Assembly (NCBI GenBank): GCA_038087875.1
Contig: CM075988.1
Location: 15,564,001-15,628,000 of the forward strand
DNA: 64,000 nt
Source of the DNA: Malacoraja senta
Lineage: Eukaryota
Direction: 5' to 3'
In this document: one piece after another, positions 13,583 through 25,457 of the stretch
Position numbering within the stretch: the stretch's first letter is position 1
Layout: each line of letters starts with the position of its first letter
Position numbers and translations under genes: made by a program
The notes under the pieces: generated by a model
Seen by the model: only the letters and a program-made list of their open reading frames with translations
Database searches by the model: none
What the model was told of the DNA's origin: nothing

Positions 13583-15193
13583 CAGTGCATTCAGAAAGTA
13601 TTCAGACCCCTTCACTTTTTCCACACTTTACGTTACAGCCTTATTCTAAAATGGATTAAATTCTTTCTTTTTTATCATCAATCTACACACAATACCACAT
13701 AATTAAAAAAAAGAAACATGTGTTTAGAAATTTTTGCCAAGTTATAAAAAAGAAATAACTGAAATATCACACTTACATAAGTATTCAGACCCTTTACTCA
13801 GTACTTCGTTGAGGCACCTTTGGCAGCAATTACAGCCTCAAGTCTTCTTGGGTATGACGCTACAAGCTTGGCACACCCTCAAGCTCTGTCAGGTTGGATG
13901 GGGAGCATCGATGCACAGTTATTTTCATGTCCCTCCAGAGATGTTCGATTGGGTTCAAGTCCAGGCTCTGGCTGGGCCACTCAAGGACATTCACAGACTT
14001 GTCACAAAGCCACTCCTGCATTGTCTTGGCTGTGTGCTTAGGGTCATTGTCTTGTCATGACCTTTGGGTCATTGAAGGTGAACCTCCGCCCCAGTCTGAG
14101 GTCCAAAACGCTCTGGAGCAGGATTTCATCAAGGATCTCTCTGTACTTTGCTGCGTTCATCTTTCCCTCAATCCTGACTAGTCTCCCAGTTCCTGCCGTT
14201 GTAAAACACCCCACAGCATGATGCTACCACCCCCATGCTTCACCGTAGGTATGGTATTGGCAGGGTGATGAGCAGTGCCTGTTTTCCTCCCGACGTGACG
14301 CTTGGCATTCAGGACAAAGAGTTCAATCTTGGTTTCATCAGACCAGAGAATCTTGTTTCTCATGGTCTGAGAGTCCTTTAGGTGCCTTTTGGCAAACTCC
14401 AAGCGGGCTGTCATGTGCCTTTTACTGAGGAGTGGCTTCTGTCTGGCCACTCTACCATAAAGGCCTGATTGGTGGAGTGCTGCAGATATAGCTGTCCTTC
14501 CAGAAGGTTCTCCCATCTCCACAGAGGAACTCTGGAGCTCTATCAGAGTGACCATCGGATTCTTGGTCACCTCCCTGACCAAGGCCCTTCTCCCCCGATT
14601 GCTCAGTTTGGCCGAGTGGCCAGCTCTATGAAGAGTCCTGGTGGTTCCAAAGTTCTTCCATTTAAGAATGACGGAGGCCACTGTGCTTTTTCGGTCCTGC
14701 AATGTTGCAGAAATTGTTTTATACCCTTCCCCAGATCTGTGTCTTGACACAATCCTGTCTCGGAGGTCTACGGACAATTCCTTTGTCTTCATGGCTTGGT
14801 TTTTGCTGACATGCACTGTCAACTGTGGGTCCTTATATAGTCAGGTGTGCGCCTTTCCAAATCATGTCCAATCAATTTAATTTACCACTGGTGAACTCCA
14901 ATCAAGTTGTAGAAACATCTCAAGGATAATCAATGGAAACAGGATGAACCTAAGCTCAGTTTTGAGTGTCATAGCAAAAGGGTCTGAATTCTTATGTAAA
15001 TGTGATATTTCAGTTATTTCTTTTTAATCACTTTGCAATATTTTCCAAACAACTGTTTTTCGCTTCATCAGTCTGGGGTATTGTGTGTTGATTGATGATT
15101 TAAAAAAAAGAATTTAAACCATTTTTAAATAAAGCTGTAATGCAACAAAATGCAGAAAAAGTGAAGGGGTCTGAATACTTTCTGAATGCACTG
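13583..15193 (-). mobile_element. Tc1-family DNA transposon, IR/DR type, disrupted transposase
   Basis: TA target duplications; TIRs start cagtgcattcagaaagtattcagacccc, ~215 bp long with an inner direct repeat; ORF 14178-14822 has KTKELSVDLRDRIV (paired-like HTH), WSDETK and [13 protein letters not shown]. Confidence 0.95.
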
Positions 15194-15317
15194 TATATAA
15201 AATTATGAGACATAGATAGGGTAGACAGCCCACGTGCAAAATGTGAAATCAAACACGGTCCCACCGTAAGAAAATCAGCAGTGACACACCACAACAGACA
15301 GGCAGCACGTCATTTAC

Positions 15318-15404
15318 CAATGTGAAGGGAGTCTCGACTTCCTTCAACTTCTTTAGCTTCTCAATGAATTCCTCAACCTTGGAAGCCACTTCCGGATTGG
15401 TAGC
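15318..15404 (-). CDS. ZPR1: ZPR1 exon 5
   Basis: ATNPEVASKVEEFIEKLKKLKEVETPFTL; AG/GT; 87 nt. Confidence 0.93.
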
Positions 15405-15787
15405 CTGCAATCGTAGAGGCACACAGTTAAACAAATATTTTATTAGGTCACGTTTACGAATAAATGGCATGATATAGATTTAGGAGCTGTTGGCAATGTT
15501 CAAAGTTAACTGAAGTCTGGATTACTGCTTTCACATCAAGGGATGGAATTCAGCATGTTGAGACTACAAGCTTTTTATCTGATAGCTAATCTCTTATCGC
15601 TAGCTTCTAATCTCTCCATTTTGTTTCCAATGGTGTTCATTTAGTGGTTTGAATGATGGGGGTGGTTTTGATTGAACAGATGTGAAACACACATTCAGAA
15701 CTGAATCAAGTTTCTTGCATTTAGTGTGAAACTAGTTCTGTAAAGCCCAAACGCAAGGGAAATACCCTACTATTCAAAAGCACTTAC

Positions 15788-15858
15788 CTTCCTTATAGGC
15801 TGCTCTTGCTCCAAACCCCCAATTGCTCTGTCGATTATACCCTCGATAGTAGAAAGAG
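15788..15858 (-). CDS. ZPR1: ZPR1 exon 4
   Basis: (A)LSTIEGIIDRAIGGLEQEQPIRK; AG/GT; 71 nt, restores phase. Confidence 0.95.
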
Positions 15859-16251
15859 CTGCAGAAACAGAATAGTTCAGTATGAGAACTAATTCTTCAG
15901 TTTGTTAAAAACAGTGAATCATTGACAAATCCACACATAATCCTTGAAACACCTTAACTTCATACACTTATAGAATTAAACACTTCAATCATATCTTCAT
16001 TCAGCCCGTATGTTATTAAAGCAAATATTCCCGAGGCCTACAACAGACAATCCCAAGAAAGACAAAGTGCAGGAGTAACCTAGTGGGTCAAGCAGCATCC
16101 CTGGAGAACATGAATAGGTGACATTTTGGGTCAGGAACCTATTTCCGACTAAAGATATGACACCAGGCTGACACCATCATGCCCAACTCCCTAAGTAACT
16201 TCAGTTGTGAATTTTACAGGGATTTATTGGTTAATCCAATGGTAGCCTTAC

Positions 16252-16342
16252 CTCCTTTCTGCGTAAATGGTGGAATCTCAAAATCAAGTTCAGGGATTCT
16301 GGCCGTGGCACTGTCAGCTTTCACAACCTCGCGATTTAGGTC
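16252..16342 (-). CDS. ZPR1: ZPR1 exon 3
   Basis: [34 protein letters not shown]; 91 nt. Confidence 0.95.
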
Positions 16343-17193
16343 CTGCGCAGTACAATAAAGCAGGAATAATAATGTCAGATTAAGTCTGAGAATGTAAATG
16401 AGAGTTAATCAATATCAATGTGGCATTTTTCCCTGTAATTATATGTCCCAGTATTATATCTCAGCCTATAAGCTATTTAACTTGAAAGAATCATAGCCAC
16501 ATGTATAATGTCCTTTCAGAATAACCACATGGAAAATAACACTGTGCTCCAATCAAAGAATGTGATCTAATATGCATCCTCAGGATTTAAAACTATTTAG
16601 TGTCATTTCCACCCTAGCAACACAAACCAGGAACTAAGCCCAAACTTTGACTAAACACATCAACAACAATTATTTATAATGCACCAGAAATGGAGCAAAT
16701 CATCAAAATGTTTCACAGGAGTGGCGAATACACCCAAAGATTTCACTGCAGGCCAGGTAATCAAGCATTAGAGCAGATGACAAAGCCTGGCCAAAGCAGC
16801 ATGTTTCAAGTAGCCTTGTATTAGGAGAAAAGTGAAGAATCAAAAGTGGAAGAATTAGTGAGGATTGTCATTATGAGAGCTTGAGGCACGATAGGCAAGC
16901 ATGAGCAATCAAAATCTGGGATGCTGCAGATGGTAATATTAAAGGGGCACAGAGATCTATAGGGCTTTAGCACTGAAGCAGATTTCAGAGATGGGGGTAG
17001 GGACACAAAAGTAACTTGCAAATAAAGTATTTTCTTTTTTAATCCGGGACACAACACAGAGCCCTTGACTGAAATAACTGGGCTGCAGCAATTTACACAT
17101 TAGAAAATGGGCTGCAGCAATTTAATGACTTTATTTACATAGGAGGCCAGATTAAAGAGCATTGAAATGGTCAAAGAGCTAACGTTAAATGGT

Positions 17194-17499
17194 ACACAAA
17201 TATGCTGGAGAAACTCAGCGGGTGCAGCAGCATCTATGGAGCGAAGGAAATAGGTAACGTTTTGGGCCGAAACCCTTCTTCAGACTGACTGTCACCAGGC
17301 TGACACCATCATGCCCAACTCCCTAAGTAACTTCAGTTGTGAATTTTACAGGGATTTATTGGTTAATCCAATGGAAGAAGGGTTTCGGCCCAAAACGTTA
17401 CCTATTTCCTTCGCTCCATAGATGCTGCTGCACCCGCTGAGTTTCTCCAGCATTTTTGTGTACCTTCGATTTTCCAGCATCTGCAGTTCCTTCTTTAAC
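17194..17499. mobile_element. Inverted pair of Penelope-type terminal repeats with captured intronic sequence and 17-bp TSD
   Basis: Arms ~17194-17285 and ~17375-17495 are inverted; TSD agctaacgttaaatggt at 17177-17193 and 17500-17516. Confidence 0.8.
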
Positions 17500-17899
17500 A
17501 GCTAACGTTAAATGGTGGGCGAGGTTTCCAACAGCAGAACTTAAGAGAAGTAAGAGAAACGTAAGATGATATTGTGTAGGTCACAGCAATGGCGTTAACT
17601 TGTGGTCACAAGTAGATCCCCGATAGCCAACTCAAGCTCAACAACGTGTTGGGTTCTAGTCGAGTGAACATTCTGGTAAAACATTCACGTTCACATCAGG
17701 TTGGGACACAGCAGAGAATGATGTTCAAGGTCAGGTTTAGAGTCCAGAGCAAGGCCCTCAACCCGAAATGTCGAATGTTCATTTCTATCCACAGATATTA
17801 CCTGACCCGTTGAGTTCCTATAGCAGCTCTCCTTTTATTTTGATTAGGGGGAAAATAGTTGTCTGGCTTGAGTCAGCTACGCCCAATAGGGTTTTACTT

Positions 17900-18915
17900 T
17901 TCAAAGATTTCAAAGGTCTTTTATTGTCACGTGTACCAATTAAGGTACAGTGATATTCAAATTACCATACAGCCATACTAAAAAAAGCAATAATAGACAA
18001 TTGACACTGGACAGTAGGTGCAGGAGTAGGCCATTTGGCCCTTCGAGCCAGCACCGCCATTCAATGTGATCATGGCTAATCATCCACAATCAGTACCCTG
18101 TTCCTGCCTTCTCACCATATCCCTTGACTCCGCTATCTTTAAGAGCTCTATCCAACTTTCTCTTGAAATAGGCCAGAGAATTGGCCTCCACTGCCTTCTG
18201 AGGCAGTGAATTCCACAGATTCACAACTCTCTGGGTGAAAAGGTTTTTCCTCATCTCCATTCTAAATGGCCTACCCCTTATTCTTAAACTGTGGCCCTGG
18301 TTCTGAACAAGACACACAACTACATAAAAATTAACATAAACATCCACCACAGTGGATTCCCCACATCCCTCACTGTGATGGAAGGCAATAAAGTCCAATC
18401 TTCTTCCTCCTTATTCTCCTGCGGTTGGGGCAATCGAACCATCCGCAGTTGGGGCGATCGAAGCTCGCGCAGCCGGCGGTCGAAGCCTCCGCGATCGGGG
18501 CAGTCGAACCTCCTGTGGCTTGCAGCTTCAATCACAGTGCTCGCAGTCCCGGCTAGAGACAGAGTTGGGAGCTCCAAAGTCAAGTAAGGTTTCGACCAGC
18601 CCCGACCTGTCGATCGCCCGGCGCGGGGAGCTGAGATCCCCCGATGCAGGAGCTTGATCGCCCGACGCGGAGGGCCCGCCACGGGACCCAAGATCGTCCC
18701 GTCAAGGGAAGGATCGAGGCCCCCGACTGCGTGAGAACAATGAAGGGAAGAGATTGAACTTTTTTTCGCCTTCCATCACAGTGAGGAATGTGGAGGAGTC
18801 ACTGTGGTGGATATTTATGTTAAAATGTATTTTGTGTGTTCTGTTGCTTTTTATTAGTATGGCTGTTTGGGAAATCAAATTCCTTGTATGTTGCAAATAA
18901 AGTATGATTATGATT
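17900..18915. repeat. Head-to-head pair of retroelement 3' ends with a CpG-rich centre, interrupted by a CR1 3' fragment (~17993-18305, minus)
   Basis: ccaccacagtg...ctcactgtgatggaaggc (18343-18387) recurs inverted at 18767-18811; outward-facing aataaa plus short tail repeats at both ends. Confidence 0.6.
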
Positions 18916-19409
18916 GGCATGCAAATATTGCCTTTAAATACCCAATTTCTGTTAAAAATTATTAAATCTGCATCCACTATCCTTTCATGAAATACGAGAC
19001 AAACTCATCTCAATTAGGCAACTATTTCTCCTGAGCCACCCCCTGTCGTGGGACAAACAACAATGCCTTGCTATTACCATCTACAACTGTTATTAGCTAA
19101 AAGTGCAGAACAAGGACCAGCCCAAGGCTTTCCTCGTCAAAATAGATCAGCAAAACACTCCATCAAGTTAGATAAGATTTTGGTGATGGTGCAAGTAACA
19201 CAGCTGGTAAAAATGGTTGAACCTGCATTATGATGCACAGTAACAAGTCTCCACGTTGCATATGGTCATGTGATATACTACATAATGTAAAAGTCTCATC
19301 GTGCAGCAAGTTTCAGAAGCAATACAGAAAAGGGTAACAAACTGATAATGGAGTTTGAACATACAATGATGATAGGGTGGAAGTGTCTGGGATTGTTTAT
19401 GAGGCTCAC

Positions 19410-19571
19410 CTGTGTGGAAGAAGCAAGCAGAGTGTACTTCACTCCCTGCTCCTGGATCTTCCCAGCTGACTGTATCTCATTGTTCACACAACCACAGTTT
19501 TCACAGGAAAATGAACTAACAATAATTTCTTTGAAGAACGGAATCTTTGTCAACAGCAACCTGGTCATCCC
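19410..19571 (-). CDS. ZPR1: ZPR1 exon 2
   Basis: [58 protein letters not shown] boundaries; 162 nt. Confidence 0.95.
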
Positions 19572-20049
19572 CTTTAATAGCCAAACACAAATGAAGATAT
19601 TATTGGTCTGCATCATCAATCAAACAAAAAAAAGGTATGTAATTCCCAAGATGAAGCATCTAATGAGTTTAGAACATTACAATAACTAGTCTGCTGCTTT
19701 CCATTTAATAAAGATGACAACAAATTGCAATCTCCATTTGTCTATTCACCAGTATCTGCAGTTCCTTGTTTCTGCTAACCTGTTCCAATTCTTGACAATA
19801 TTCCCCAGGAACAAGTGAACAAAATTAAGAGTGAAAAATATCTGTATTCTGAAACTTCCTCATTATCCCTAACCAACGTCAGCACTCAACCCCCTCCTCT
19901 GCCAGCACCCGCAACCCATCATCAGGCCACATCTGCATTATTCACCCCACAAGATCCCCGCAATTGTCCGTAGACCACATCCTCCATGAATGCCCACTCA
20001 CCTTAAATTTCAATGACAAATCCTCACCACTGCCCATTCTCCATCCATC

Positions 20050-20560
20050 AATATCCTCGCCAACACCAAGGGCCTTAACCCACACCAAACCTGATCCCCA
20101 ACCCCCTAATAATGCCCAGGCCCCTGATCCTCACCCCCTATTAAGGCCAGGCCTCTAACTATCCTTCTCCTCCCCATTAATGCCAGGCCCCTATCTCATC
20201 CCAACCCTCCCCACCCCAATCAATGCCAGGCCTGTAACTCTCACTCCAAATTAATGCCCAGGCCGCCAGCCCTCGCCCTCCCATTAAAGCCCAGGCCGCT
20301 AACCTCACACTCCCATCAATGTCAGGTCTGTAACACTCAATGCCTTGGTCCTAATCCTAATTCCCACTCCAATAATCCCCAGTTTCCCAACTGTCACACT
20401 CCAATTATTGCCCAGAGCCCCCTAACTCTCACCCTCCCATTAATGCCAGGTCTCTAACCCTCAATTAATGCCTTGGCATCTCACCCTCATTCCCACTCCA
20501 TTAATGCCCAGGTCATTAACCCTCCCACAGATGCCAGGCCGCCAACCCTCGCCCCCCGCC
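20050..20560. repeat. Degenerate C-rich minisatellite (~30-bp unit ccattaatgccaggcccctaactctcac) in ZPR1 intron 1
   Basis: Recurrent taatgcc(c)agg cores at roughly 30-bp spacing. Confidence 0.7.
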
Positions 20561-20900
20561 CCGACATCAGCTTCAACCACCCCCCGGGCTCACATTCTGG
20601 AAGCAGTTCATGCACAGACTCTCGATCTGCGTCGGACCGAAATCGTCCGAATCCTCGGCGCTCAGGTCGGGGAAGATCGACCCGGAGCCTGTGCTGACCT
20701 CGCTGGTGCTCAGCGCCATCTCCCCTCCCGTCCCCGTCCCCGTCCTGGTCCTGGTCCTGGTGCTGGTGCCCGGCCTGGTGCAGGGCCACACGCCGCCGCC
20801 TCTCAGTCAGCGCAGCAACGACACTTGCTCCCCTCCACCGCTCCCTGACTGCAGCCACTGCCCCCTCGCCGGGAGGACCAGCCTCGGCAACACTGCAGGC
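20530..20900 (-). promoter_or_regulatory. CpG-island-like promoter/5'UTR of ZPR1 with (GACCAG)n/(GACGGG)n hexamer repeats
   Basis: Local high GC and CpG density around exon 1; hexamer repeats at ~20722-20770 just upstream of the ATG. Confidence 0.6.
20594..20719 (-). CDS. ZPR1: ZPR1 zinc finger protein, coding exon 1 (ATG at 20719)
   Basis: MALSTSEVSTGSGSIFPDLSAEDSDDFGPTQIESLCMNCFQN, then GTGAG donor; matches the ZPR1 N-terminal TEIESLCMNC zinc-finger motif; lies in a CpG-rich patch. Confidence 0.9.
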
Positions 20901-21113
20901 AATAATGTTACACCCTCCTTCAGACCCGAACCGCCCCCTATCCAGAGATGCTGCCTGTCCCGCTTAGTTACTCCAGCTTTTTATATCTATCTTCGATTTA
21001 AACTACCAGTCCTCCCTACACAACTAGGAACTGGAGATGCTAGTTTACAAAAAACCGACACAGGGTGCTGTGAAAAAGCAATTGTTTCATGTTGCATTTA
21101 AGGGATAGTAAAT

Positions 21114-21355
21114 GCAGAGTTTATCCTCCTTGAGAGCAATATAAAGTGCAGATATAAAGTATAATTTATATATAAATTAAAGTATAAAAGTATGATTTTT
21201 AAATGACATGAGAGTAAAAGCTACAAATGTTCATGGAGAATATAAGCAGAGTTTATCCTCCTTGAGAGCAATATAAAGTGCAGATATAAAGTATAATTTA
21301 TATATAAATTAAAGTATAAAAGTATGATTTTTAAATGACATGAGAGTAAAAGCTA
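21114..21355. repeat. 110-bp AT-rich direct repeat, period 132 bp
   Basis: 21114-21223 is identical by eye to 21246-21355. Confidence 0.9.
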
Positions 21356-22102
21356 TTGAAAGGCACTACAGATGCTGGTTTAGACCAAAGATAGAATGAT
21401 AAAATGAAATCATTTTGAGTAACGCAGTGGATCAGGCAGCATCTCTGGGGAAAATGGACAGGTGATATTTTGAAATGGACAGGCTTATAGAAACTGGATA
21501 CCCCACTAGGCTGAATCACTGAAAGATGGTTTGCGGGTGCAGCATTTAGGAAGGCAATTGTTATATTGGCTTTTATTGCAAGAATAATGGGGAGCAAGAA
21601 TTAAGACGTCACATGGAAAGTATACAGGGCCAAAGACTGCGGCTGGTTGACCTCCTTACTCAAGGAAGTGCTGAGTTATTCCAGCACTTTGTGTTTTACT
21701 CAAGATTCCTGCATCTGCAGCACCTTGTGGCTCCAAGGAAGAATATTGTTTGGGAGGAGGAATTGCAACAAAGGCTGTAAACCAGTTTGATTCCGAGAGT
21801 GTGCGATTGTTGCAAGCGATGAGATTGGGCCTATGTTTTCCAGATTTAGAAGAATGAAAGGTGATCACATTGTAACATAAATACATGGCTTGGAAGGGTA
21901 AAAGCAGGCAAGATGTTAAAATAAAAACAGAAATGCTGAAAGCTCATTCAGTCAGGCAGCAACTTTGGAAGATATAAATGGATTTAACATTTTAGTTATG
22001 ACAGTATATCTTTGATCTGAAAGGTTAACTCTTTTTCTCTTTCAGCAGATATTACCTGACCAGCTGATTGTTTCTATATCTGTCATTGTGTAGGTTTCTA
22101 GC

Positions 22103-22430
22103 ATTCAATGTTTATGCCGCTAGGGTGCAGACTGCACCTCATATTCCGCTTGGGCAGTCTGCACCCTAGCGGCATAAACATTGAATTCTCCAATTTCCGG
22201 TAGCCCTTGCTGTCTCCTCCCCTTCTCAGCTCTCCCTCAGCCCTCGGGCTCCTCCTCTTCCTTTTTCCTTTCTTTTCCCTGCCCCCCACCCTACATCAGT
22301 CTGAAGAAGGGTTTTGGCCCAAAACGTTGCCTATTTCCTTCGCTCCATAGATGCTGCTGCACCCGCTGAGTTTCTCCAGCACTTTTGTCTACCTTCGATT
22401 TTCCAGCATTTGCAGTTCCTTCTTAAAAAC
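22103..22430 (+). mobile_element. Penelope-like 3' fragment with 5' snap-back hairpin
   Basis: HLIFRLGSLHPSGINIEFSNFR* then terminal repeat with ctgaagaa core; 22103-22135 is the reverse complement of 22154-22186. Confidence 0.8.
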
Positions 22431-24356
22431 CTTCTCAGCTGATCGGACGATTCACTGCAGCCTCCGGATGTCGTGCTTGGTGGCTGAGCCAAACCATGAT
22501 GGAGAAGGTGTGGACAGACTCTACGATGGCCGTATCGATTTGGCCATCATTGCCTGTGGCAGATTGTGCTTCCTCAGCTGCCGCAAGAAGTACATCCTCT
22601 GTTGTGCCTTTTTGACTGTGGAATTCAATTGACTGTAGACTGCACATCCTCTGGAATTCAATTAGACCCTGCATTTAAAGAGCAACAGAGGTTGCTGTGT
22701 ACCTTAACTTCTCAGGATATCTCAAAAACGTTTGGCATGATTTAACCATCTTATGGCCTTAGTTGCAAAATGGAATGGTGAACAGGTCACCAAAAAAATG
22801 GAATGCCAACAGATGAAGTTAACTTGTTTTTGTGAAAAGGAAATTGTATTAGACAAACTTATTCACATGTGCTATGGATGAGGGGGGCCAGGGATATATT
22901 CTCTTACATCTTCAGAAGGCTTTTGATAAAGTGTCACATCAAAGGTTATTGCAGAAAATATAAATATGATGCTTAAGGTAACATGTTGGCATGGAACTTT
23001 GACTGACCATAAATTGGTCTTTTTCTGATCTGCAAGATGTAACAAGTGATGTGTTATGGGGAGCAACAAGAGATTGCATGTGCTCGAATCTAGAGCAAAA
23101 TAAAAAAAACTGCTGGAGAAAAACAGCAGGTCAAGCAGCATCCGTGGAGAAAAAGAGATGACTTGATGCGGGTTACACAGTGCAAGGAGAAACTAAACAG
23201 AGTGAAGAATATAATGTTACAACTACAGAGAAAGTGCAGATATAAAAGTGAAAGAACTACAATTAGGTAGATTGGAAGGTTGGGAATTCATCATTAGCAT
23301 ATGAGAGGTTCTTTTAAGATTTTAATAACAGCGAGGAAGGCTGCCCTTGAATCTTGCAGTACATGCTTTCAAGATTATCAATATTCTGCTTGATGGATGA
23401 GTGGAGAAGAGAGAATGACTAGGGTGTGAGCAGTCATGATTATTTTGGCTGATTTCCCAAGGCAGCATGAAATGTAGATGGAGTTGATGGGAGGGAGGTT
23501 TGTTTGTGTGTTGGACCGGGCTGCATTCAAAGCTCTGCAGATTCTTAGGGTATTGATCAGAACAGTTGCCACACCAAGGTCGAATATCCCTAGAGTTCTG
23601 AGTAGGTAGAGGCATTGGTGTGCTTTCTTGGTTGTAACAACAGACCAGGGCAACGTTTTGGTGATGTTTACACCTATGACCATCTTCCTTTGCTTCTTCT
23701 TCAATCTATGTCCTTAAGCCTTCCCAAGGTGCCACGACCATGGAACCGGGAACCCGTCCGGAGGACCTGAATGCTCGGTGGACCCGGACCGTTGAGGGAG
23801 GCCACCAGGTGTGGACCCTGCCCGTCCCCGATGATCAGAGAATGGATGAGGAGGGAGCTACTGGAAGGGCCGGTAGGGGGGATAACTGGGGTAATACCTC
23901 CAGCACCTTCAAGGTTGGCTGCAGGAAACGGCCCCGGGGCACAAAGATGGCCGGGCAAGGAGAGGGACATCGGTTCATGGACAATCCGATCTGTTTGAAG
24001 GCAACGGAGGGAGGCCCTGCAGGAGCCTGGGACTTATCTGGATTGGGAGCCATTCCAGTAGACCAAGCGCATGGGTAGACCGGATTTTGGAAATGGCGCC
24101 AAAATATGGCGGCACCTGCATGTGTAAATATGCAAAAAGAATCTCACTGTGCAGTTGCACTTGTGACAAATAAAGCACCATAGAAATAAACTACCAATTA
24201 GTGTAATCACCTTTACACTAATAAAATCCTTAGAAGATTCAACTGTTGGATGTTATCATTATATGTCCTTTGTACCAAAGAATACCTGCTGATTGGAGTT
24301 TGATCCCTTTGGTTGACCATTGGTTGAGTTGGAAACATATTTACGGAAACACATCA

Positions 24357-24530
24357 CAGTTCAGAGTGACAGGATCGTTGGAAGTTCCACGTTGTCTCGG
24401 CATCAGGGAAAGTCCATGAATCAAATACAAACAGACTCATTTGTTATCTGGTGATAAGGAGCCCTTAAAAAGAGAGCATTTGTGGCCTCGGTCACAGAGC
24501 TTCAGGAGGAGGAGTGCAGAGCAGAGGCAG
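24357..24530 (+). promoter_or_regulatory. Promoter and non-coding exon 1 of apoA-IV-like copy 1
   Basis: HNF4-like agggaaagtcca at 24405, inverted GATA pair at 24444/24452, TATA-like ttaaaaa at 24465, donor CAG|GTAAG at 24530; block is alignable with the promoters of copies 2-5. Confidence 0.65.
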
Positions 24531-24871
24531 GTAAGAGGAGCCTTGAGTGCAGCTTCTGTGCTTAATTGAGATGCAATTAAGAAGGCACGGAGTGTTTGTG
24601 CAATTACATATGCATCTGTTCGGCAAACGTTTTTGTGTAAGGTTGTGGTGTTTAGGTAACTGTTTGAAGAAAATCCACTGCATCAAAAATCATTTTCCTA
24701 TTTTCATTCATGTGGCAGGGTACAATTGTGTGGAGTTCAGCGTGAGGCAGGAATACCCAGGAAAATATTCCACATAGAAAAGAATAACTGGTGATAATGG
24801 AATAGGAGTTAAATATTTTTCTTTATTTTCACAGATTTTCTGAACAGTAAAGCAGGCGTTGTGAATCCATC

Positions 24872-24920
24872 ATGCATCTCTGGGCAATCCTTTTGTTAGC
24901 AGCTGCTACTTTGATGACAG
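24872..24920 (+). CDS. APOA4: Apolipoprotein A-IV-like copy 1, signal-peptide exon
   Basis: MHLWAILLLAAATLMT(G); 49 nt, phase-1 GT donor, typical of the exchangeable apolipoprotein family. Confidence 0.8.
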
Positions 24921-25345
24921 GTACGGGTTTTTAAATTTAAGGCTTTGTTTTAAATATACTTGAACTGTTGGGTTTTTTCTATCTCTTTTGAGCTTGTAGA
25001 TTTTGGACAAAAGATCTGCACTCCATCTGTTCAGCCCAGTTTTATGTTCAGACCCTGAGCTCTGAGACCAATGTTTCTTCCCTGGGGAAAGACTTGTTTC
25101 ACAATTCATCCTGGACAAGTTTTAAATCCAGGTCCCAAAAGACAAATGACTTTACTCTAAGAAACATCCAAACTCATCTCCAGGGAGGGATACCAGATTA
25201 TCCCTTTATGGCTTGATGTGATATGGTGAAGTCTCATGGGCCACTGCAAGCTGCTTGTCTGCTAACATCAATTAATGTTAAATATAATGAACTTGTTTCT
25301 GTGTTACCACTCTGAAACCCAACTTTATTTTCTGTTTTCATACAG

Positions 25346-25457
25346 GCTCCCAGGCTGAACTCAGTAGAGAACAAATTCAAGATGCATTCTGGGATTACAT
25401 CGGCCAATTGACCAACAATGACCTAAACGAAGGTTCGGAAATCAGGCAACAACTCAA
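25346..25457 (+). CDS. APOA4: Apolipoprotein A-IV-like copy 1, exon 3
   Basis: SQAELSREQIQDAFWDYIGQLTNNDLNEGSEIRQQL(N); WDY..QL motif; 112 nt. Confidence 0.85.

Noticed and set aside
20487..20858. Upstream ORFs or N-terminal extension of ZPR1 (QDQDQDGDG, TRTRTGTG)
   Set aside because: They start at GTG and merely translate hexamer repeats; the first in-frame ATG is at 20719
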